In this document: positions 57,750-64,000 of the stretch, piece after piece
Numbering within the stretch: the stretch's first letter is position 1
Layout: each line of letters starts with the position of its first letter
Assembly (NCBI GenBank): GCA_004764695.1
Contig: SMSO01000032.1
Span: 6,542,483-6,606,482 of the forward strand
DNA length: 64,000 bases
Source of the DNA: Schizochytrium sp. TIO01
Lineage: Eukaryota; Protista; Bigyra: Labyrinthulomycetes
Direction of reading: 5' to 3'
The notes under the pieces: model-generated
Database searches by the model: none
What the model saw: the letters and a program-made list of their open reading frames with translations, nothing else
Told to the model about the DNA's origin: nothing
Program-made: the position numbers and the translations under genes

Positions 57750-60700
57750 CATGCGCCGTGCAGTCGGCCGTGGCGTCTTCTGCACAACGGGGCTTTTGGT
57801 CTCCAGAAATTCAATTCTGTTTTTTGTTTATCGATATTATTTATCTCTTTTCTTTCTTTTCTTTTTTCCAAAATAATCATTATTGGCCAAAAGTTGATTT
57901 GTAGTACCAACTTTGAATGAGTTTGCGCCAGTCTCTCTCAAAGTTTTTACGCTCTTTTCGCTTTACTTTTCAAAGTTCCTTTTCCTCTTTGTTTTAACTT
58001 TTCCTCATCATATTGAAGAACGAATAACAATCCATGAGAAGAGTGTATCAGGAAGTGAGAAAACCTGCCACCGAGTGACTCTTGCCATTGTTGGTGTTGT
58101 GTTTATTCTTCAACAAGCGCTATTACTCTCATCGTGTTTAAGCTGGAGACGTTGGGGTTTCCACGTTGATTCTATTGCTGTTGATGCACGGGGTTTGATG
58201 GAGTTTGTCTGGATCACTCCTGTGCTATCTCTCTTCTCTAAAGCTATTTTCCAGAGCACTTCTTCTTCTTCTTCTTCTTCACTTTTTATTTTAAAAGCTT
58301 TCGGAAGTGCCTTTTCATCTAGTTTTCATAAGAGAACAACTGAATGAGACCTCCTCCTGCTTTTCCTTTCTTGATGCAGGCCATTATCAGTGAAACACCG
58401 CCAGCCTATCGGCACAAAGCATCATGAAACTTAAGAGAGGCCACCGCGAAGTCGTGTAGATGCTAAGCTCCCGTGGCTAGCCCGACATGCATCCGCTCTT
58501 GAAACTTTACACGCTCATTTCCAGCAGCCGATGATGGTAAAAAGTACGCGAGGGCCCTCATTTCTTCTTTTCTTTTTTTTGTTCTCTCTTTTATTGGTTT
58601 TGAAATAATCTTCAGGTTATTTTTAATTTAAATAAAGAAAAGAAAAAGTAAGATTAGAAAAAGAAAGTTTACTGGTCATTGAATGTTGGCACATATTCTC
58701 CGCACCAGAGACGCCAATAAGACGTCACGCCTTAATCACCTTTTGCGTCTCTCCTCCGCTTCTAACACTGGTCTCAAAAACCTGCGCCGTTTGATAAACA
58801 GTCTCAGAAAGCCCTGTGAAGCAAGGACTTCTTCACCGCAGCTGGTTGGGGGTTTGTTTGCCTCTTTTTATATTCTGACCTGGTTTGGCATTTGTAGAAT
58901 ACATGACAAGAAGACCATTGAGCTCTCGAGTAAACGACATTGAGGCAGGTGAGATAGGTACCCGAGGGATGTCTACACGTGGTGATAATGGCCAGCAGCT
59001 GTAATCTCGCGCAAGAGCCCATCTTGGTCAAATTGATGCCTTCTTAAGTACCTGTGATTTACTTTCTTCAAAAGGGAAACAAATTCAGATGATAATAACT
59101 CTTCTTGAAATACAAGCGGGTCTGAGGCTGTGCACTCAGTGCTTGTTCTCCCTGATGGATGGCACCTAGGTACTAGTACGCATCAGCCACGCAAGAGCAC
59201 AATCGACGGTTAAGTGGTTGTTCTGTCAATCTCAAACTATGCTCAAAAGCTTGAGTGGTCGTTTGTCTTTGGCTAATGGCAGTCAGATTCGTCACCATAT
59301 TTCACAGCTTTTCTGCCAAGAGGAGTTCAGGCTTCCAGAAGTAGACAAAGCATCATCGTCGCCTCAACAATAGCCCTTGCTCTGAATGAAAGTTCAACTT
59401 CCCGAGTTCGTGGAGGTCTAGCTATCTTCCCTTCCTAGTCGCCCTTCTCCGAACGTTGTTCCCCGATTTCTAGTTTGTCAATCAATCTGTGCGAAACGCT
59501 CCTTCCGGAGGAGTAGTTCCTCTGACATCTTTAGGCGCGAGAGCTGAAACCCAGTTGAAACCAACTTATGGAGATTAGACGAAAACCAGCATACAATAGA
59601 CAATAAACAAATCAATTCTTCTCGTGTGTCCGCGCGAAGCGAGAAAGTCCATCCTAGACTTAGGCCGCTGCGCTTCCTCATCTTCTCCACTTTGTTTTTC
59701 TAATACTTCGACTTCATCGACACACAGCACTTTCTCTTTTTCTTTCTTTTTTTGCGGCTGTCTTTTCCAAAAGTAAAAAAGCCCGGCAGTGGAAAAGCAG
59801 AAAGCAAGAACATATCGCGGTTAACCTTCACAGCCTTCTTTCTTTTCTCTTGTGATGGCCATCATGGCCACACAAGTTGCTTGATGCTATTCCAGCAACT
59901 TCACTTTAATGTACTAGGATGTTGCCGCTGTTGTTACTCGTAGAAAGAAGTGCCGGTAACGCCAGTATGATGATGTACTTTGCGAAGAATAAGTGGAGAG
60001 GTGAAGTAAGGACTACCATGGTATCTCATTTCTGCGCTTGCTTTTCATCCCACTTTCAAAAACGTGTTGGGCCTTGCTATTATTTCTGGTAGGATGTTTC
60101 TAGTCCCTGTCGGTGACGTCGCGTATGGGGGAATCGCCCTGATGACGCAGAAAGAGTCCGCTTCGTGACGATTATGAGCTCTTGAAGCCATGGTGTTCTT
60201 TTACGATGGAAGTAAAATATACCAAGCAACGGCGAAAGCTTCTTTCCTCCCAGCAATGTGTTCCCTCCAGTCAGCTGCGAACAGCACGACTGGCCAGCAC
60301 TGTTTCGCGAGCACACCGTCTCGCTTTGGACTCTTTTGTTGGCCGGCTGTCTCTCTCGTGCGCGCGTCTCCTGCTGTCGCTTGCTGCCTATGAAAAGTCA
60401 ATTTTATAATCAATTTTAAAAAAAGTATTTAAAAAGGCATGATCATCATATGAGAAAATACATTAGTGCAAAGTTTTCTCTCACACCTCCTTCTTCCCTC
60501 TTACTTTCATTTTTACTCCTTACTTTACTCACTTACCTTAGAATGTAAAGAGTGGACTTTTTATATTAGACGCAGACAGAAACTTTTTTTGATCTCCTCG
60601 TCATTCTTTACTTGAACTTTCGTGCCATGTGCCTTCATTCTGTCACTGCTTTTAATTAAAAAATTCAAGTCAATCCCCTTTGAGTTATATTTTGTTGTTT

Positions 60701-61473
60701 TAAATAAAACTTTTAGTCAGAAAAGGGGAAGGAGAGAGGGAAAGTTGTCAGATCTCTCGAAAGAAGAACACGTGTTGGATGAAGAGAAGAGGGCACCTTT
60801 TCTTCTCAGAAACGGCGAGAAGAAAAGTCGAAGGAGTGCCTAGCAAGCAAGCAAGCAGCCAGCCATGCAGTCAGCGCCACCGCCGCGTCATCCGCTTTAT
60901 GCTCGCACCGCTGCGAGCTGGCCGGCTCTCATGCAAGTACTACACCCAAATGCTCGAGCACTCTTCGATATGATAGTTCAAGTGATCGTGGCGTGCATTT
61001 GAAGTCTGAAAACTCCGCCCATCTTCAACTTTGAGCTCCAATCTCAGCTGGTGGGCAGGCAGCCGCCGCGCCTCGCCTCGCCGTCATAATCACCCCAGCT
61101 GCTCCTGCTAGTGTCGTGCCTTGCCGCTGAAGCACAGGGCGTCGCCGTGGGCGTGCTGGGACCGGTTGGAGTCCGCGAAGGCGCCTGCAGACTTTAGCTA
61201 GGAAGTCGCCCGAAGTCCACGCGCCGGCGCCACCTTCCTGCCCCTCAGTTTGGGTTTGATGCTGATTGCCGTTCCTTTCTTTCCTTCTGTCTCGAGCCCG
61301 TCCACGCCGCCTGTCTTCTCCGCGCGCAGTCCTCCGCAGCGCGACATCGATGCGCCGGAGGCCGCCCGCTGAGTCCCTGCGCCGCCAAGGGAGACAAGGG
61401 AGAGCAGAGCGCATGTCTCAACTGGATGCGGCATTGGGAATTGCGAGTTTGAATGACCACAAACAGCTTCAAC

Positions 61474-61655
61474 TTCAAATTTGAATTCAAATTTGAATTT
61501 TGAATTCAAATTCAAATTTATTGAGTTCAAATTCAAAAAGCAAATTCAAAATTCGAAGAGACCGTCCCTCAACGTTGATTCAGATCTTGAAATTCAAATT
61601 TCGAAGAAGGTTTCCTTCAATTCGAGGTCCGCCCAATTTCGAAATTCGAATTCCG
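61474..61655. repeat. Cluster of TTCAAA/TTTGAA/TTCGAA hexamers in both orientations
   Basis: ttcaaatttgaattcaaatttgaattttgaattcaaattcaaa..., read directly. Confidence 0.8.
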
Positions 61656-61756
61656 GTTTGGAGATCTCCGCTTCTTCAGAGCGTTCGAATCTCTCCTTCG
61701 CAATTCGAGACCCAAATACAAACCTTGAAGAAGCCCTCCGTTGCTTTCTCGTCGCC

Positions 61757-61820
61757 GCGCTCTGCCTCGGTCTCCGCCAGCGTCGAGCGCTCTGCCTCGG
61801 TCTCCGCCAGCGTCGAGCGC
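61757..61820. repeat. Perfect tandem duplication of a 30-bp GC-rich unit
   Basis: GCGCTCTGCCTCGGTCTCCGCCAGCGTCGA x2 followed by GCGC. Confidence 0.95.
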
Positions 61821-62245
61821 CAACTCGCGCACGCGGCAGAGGCCCTCAAGACGGAGCTCCAGCCAAGCTTTCAATCAGAACTCCAAGCAAAGGAGGAAGC
61901 AAGCAAAGACAGGAACTTTGCTGCGGAACGAAGACTTTTCGCAGACCGCGGGAGGGACTCTGCTTTTGTGTCCCTTTGTGAAGTTGGTTCTCGAGAGAAC
62001 GGTAAGAAAGAAAAGGATAGACCTAGGTGCTGCTAGCCAGGTCTCTACCATCGCTTGGGCCATAGAGAGTACCTTGGAGAAGCCGCAGGAACGAGGTGAT
62101 GGAGGTCGATATTTTAGTCAAGAAGTACAGCGCCGTTGGCGACGAGGTGCTTGGAAAATAAGTGACTTGAGGAGGGCGGGCGCTTGGCAACCTGGGTTTG
62201 GGTTGGCTGGCTTGTGCAGGCAAGAGCGAGCGAGCGTGGCAGCTT

Positions 62246-62271
62246 GCTCTCTCCCTCTCTCTCTCTCTCTC
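62246..62271. repeat. (CT)n microsatellite
   Basis: Read directly. Confidence 0.85.
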
Positions 62272-64000
62272 GCGCACGAAATGGGTAAATCGGTTGACCT
62301 TTGTTGAACTTGGCGACAACCTCTCGAGTAAGAAAGATGAAGGTGCTGGCGAGCATCAGAAGAGCTGGAGAAGGAGACAGGGTTTACGAACAACCGTAAG
62401 TAGTAGAAATACTTCCATAGCAACGCACTCGTGAATAAAATCATGGCGGCGTGACGCATTGCAGGAGTGTTCAATCTGGACTGAGGAGCCTCGGAACTAA
62501 CTGCATGGATTGGAGTGATGAGTTCCGAACCCCATCGTCGTTGCTCTATTCTCTCAACTATGCTCTTTGGAAAGGGAAAGCGCTCGTAGAGGTCTGTTTG
62601 CTCAATCTGCCGGTCTATAAGGGCGTCATTCAGACCATGGAATTCGTTGCCCTTCTGCAAACAGCCTATGGATGGAAATGGATGGCTTTGCTCGTGCTGT
62701 CGATTTGCACGGAAGCACATCACACGAGGACAACCGGGCCGACGACTCAGGCTTGTCTGTCTGCTGGGGCTTGAAATTCTGGAAGGCGGGGGGGACCTGC
62801 CGTGTTCCGACTTTTTGCTGACTGACACCCATAGGTAGGTGGGTATGTATTGCCAACTGCCTGCATGTTGAACGCCAAATTCATTTCTTGATCATGTTTT
62901 CCAATTGTGGGGTAGGTTTCTCGCAATTTGGTTCTATGTATTGATCAATCGAGAGAAGATAGCATGCAGCGTGAGCTTGGGCAAAGCTGATGGGGGAAAC
63001 CCAACCTGGAGGGAAGAAGTACGAATACACCTTCACGGCATTCGTCGCAAAACCCTGCACGCTGTCATGCGAGGAAGGCAGCCAATGCCAGCTCCGGGAA
63101 CTGGTAAAACGAGTTGATTAGGCTTGAAGAAATTGAAATGTTCTCAGATGGGCCTCAGATAGCTACACTGGCCTCGCGGGCGTTCTTCAGCAAGCTTCAC
63201 CTTCTTCACGTTGTTCGAAAGGTCGCCTTTTAGAAACAAGTGTTCACGTTGTCTTCAATCCTGAGACCGCGACTACTTGCTGCCACTTGTTCTAAATTAA
63301 TATATTAAAAGAGAATGCACTAGCCTCAAGACAGTTCGTCGCAGAGAACCTCTTCCCAATTTAATTTGGAAATAGGCATTAGTATTCCGTTGGGGAATAA
63401 CCTGTCACATTTGTTATGTTGCAAATATCTATTTTATTTTTATTTTCCGGCCTGAGCCTGAGAAAAAGAAAATAAAAGAAAAAGGAAAGAGTAAGAAAAA
63501 ACCCAGTGTGTAAGCTTCCAATTCTTCCACTAGGTCGTGAAAGAAAATAACTAGAACGCAGTTGATCAAGCAACTCGTTGATGAGTTACTACGTGTTTCC
63601 ATCCAGCGCCACTCCTGAGTCCAAGGTTTTTGTTCTATTTTACGTTGAAGATTATTGTATTGCACCATGTCAGCATGAATAATAGGATATTTTTAGTACC
63701 TGCTTTTGAAAAATCAACAAAAACAGTATCATACAAATATGCTTCAGTAGTAACAAAGTCCATACAAGTGATTTCATTTTCATTTTCATTTTATAATATA
63801 CACACATAACTATAGAACGATGTAGAAGCAAAGGCTAGTTCACATTATATTTTAAAATATCAGTAGGGTGGAGAGTCAAATGGGAAAAATTTGTGGTCTT
63901 CTCCTTCAAAAGAAGAAGAAAACAAAATGCATCAAACGCAGGTCTTAAGCGACCACAATTTCCGGAGAGGCAGCATAACGATCAAAGCTTGCCTGTTCAG

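Noticed and set aside
61025-62856. Several overlapping 100-236 aa ORFs on both strands
   Set aside because: They arise from GC-rich or low-complexity sequence and repeats, several have non-ATG starts, and none has a recognisable domain.

Overview
Eukaryotic, intron-poor genomic DNA with microsatellite-rich, AT-island-punctuated intergenic regions. The style suggests a stramenopile such as a thraustochytrid/labyrinthulomycete, but this is inference only. All recognisable genes are on the minus strand: a TTC39/Iml2-family TPR protein (301-2172), adenosine kinase (3627-4694), and a ~50 kb head-to-tail array of eight single-ORF paralogs of a ~1030-1085 aa ALMT/FUSC(ArAE)-superfamily membrane protein (5952-56057). 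Each paralog appears to be an internally duplicated 2x(6-TM + cytosolic domain) protein with non-canonical pore residues. The main unexplained signal is upstream of the paralogs. Each is preceded by a 0.4-1.7 kb stretch almost free of sense-strand ATG (3 ATGs in ~7.3 kb by manual scan), while the opposite strand has ordinary ATG numbers in the two longest stretches, where I counted them. This points to very long, selectively constrained 5' leaders; the three remaining ATGs form candidate regulatory uORFs, two of them within candidate leader introns. No rRNA, tRNA, CRISPR or recognisable transposase was found.
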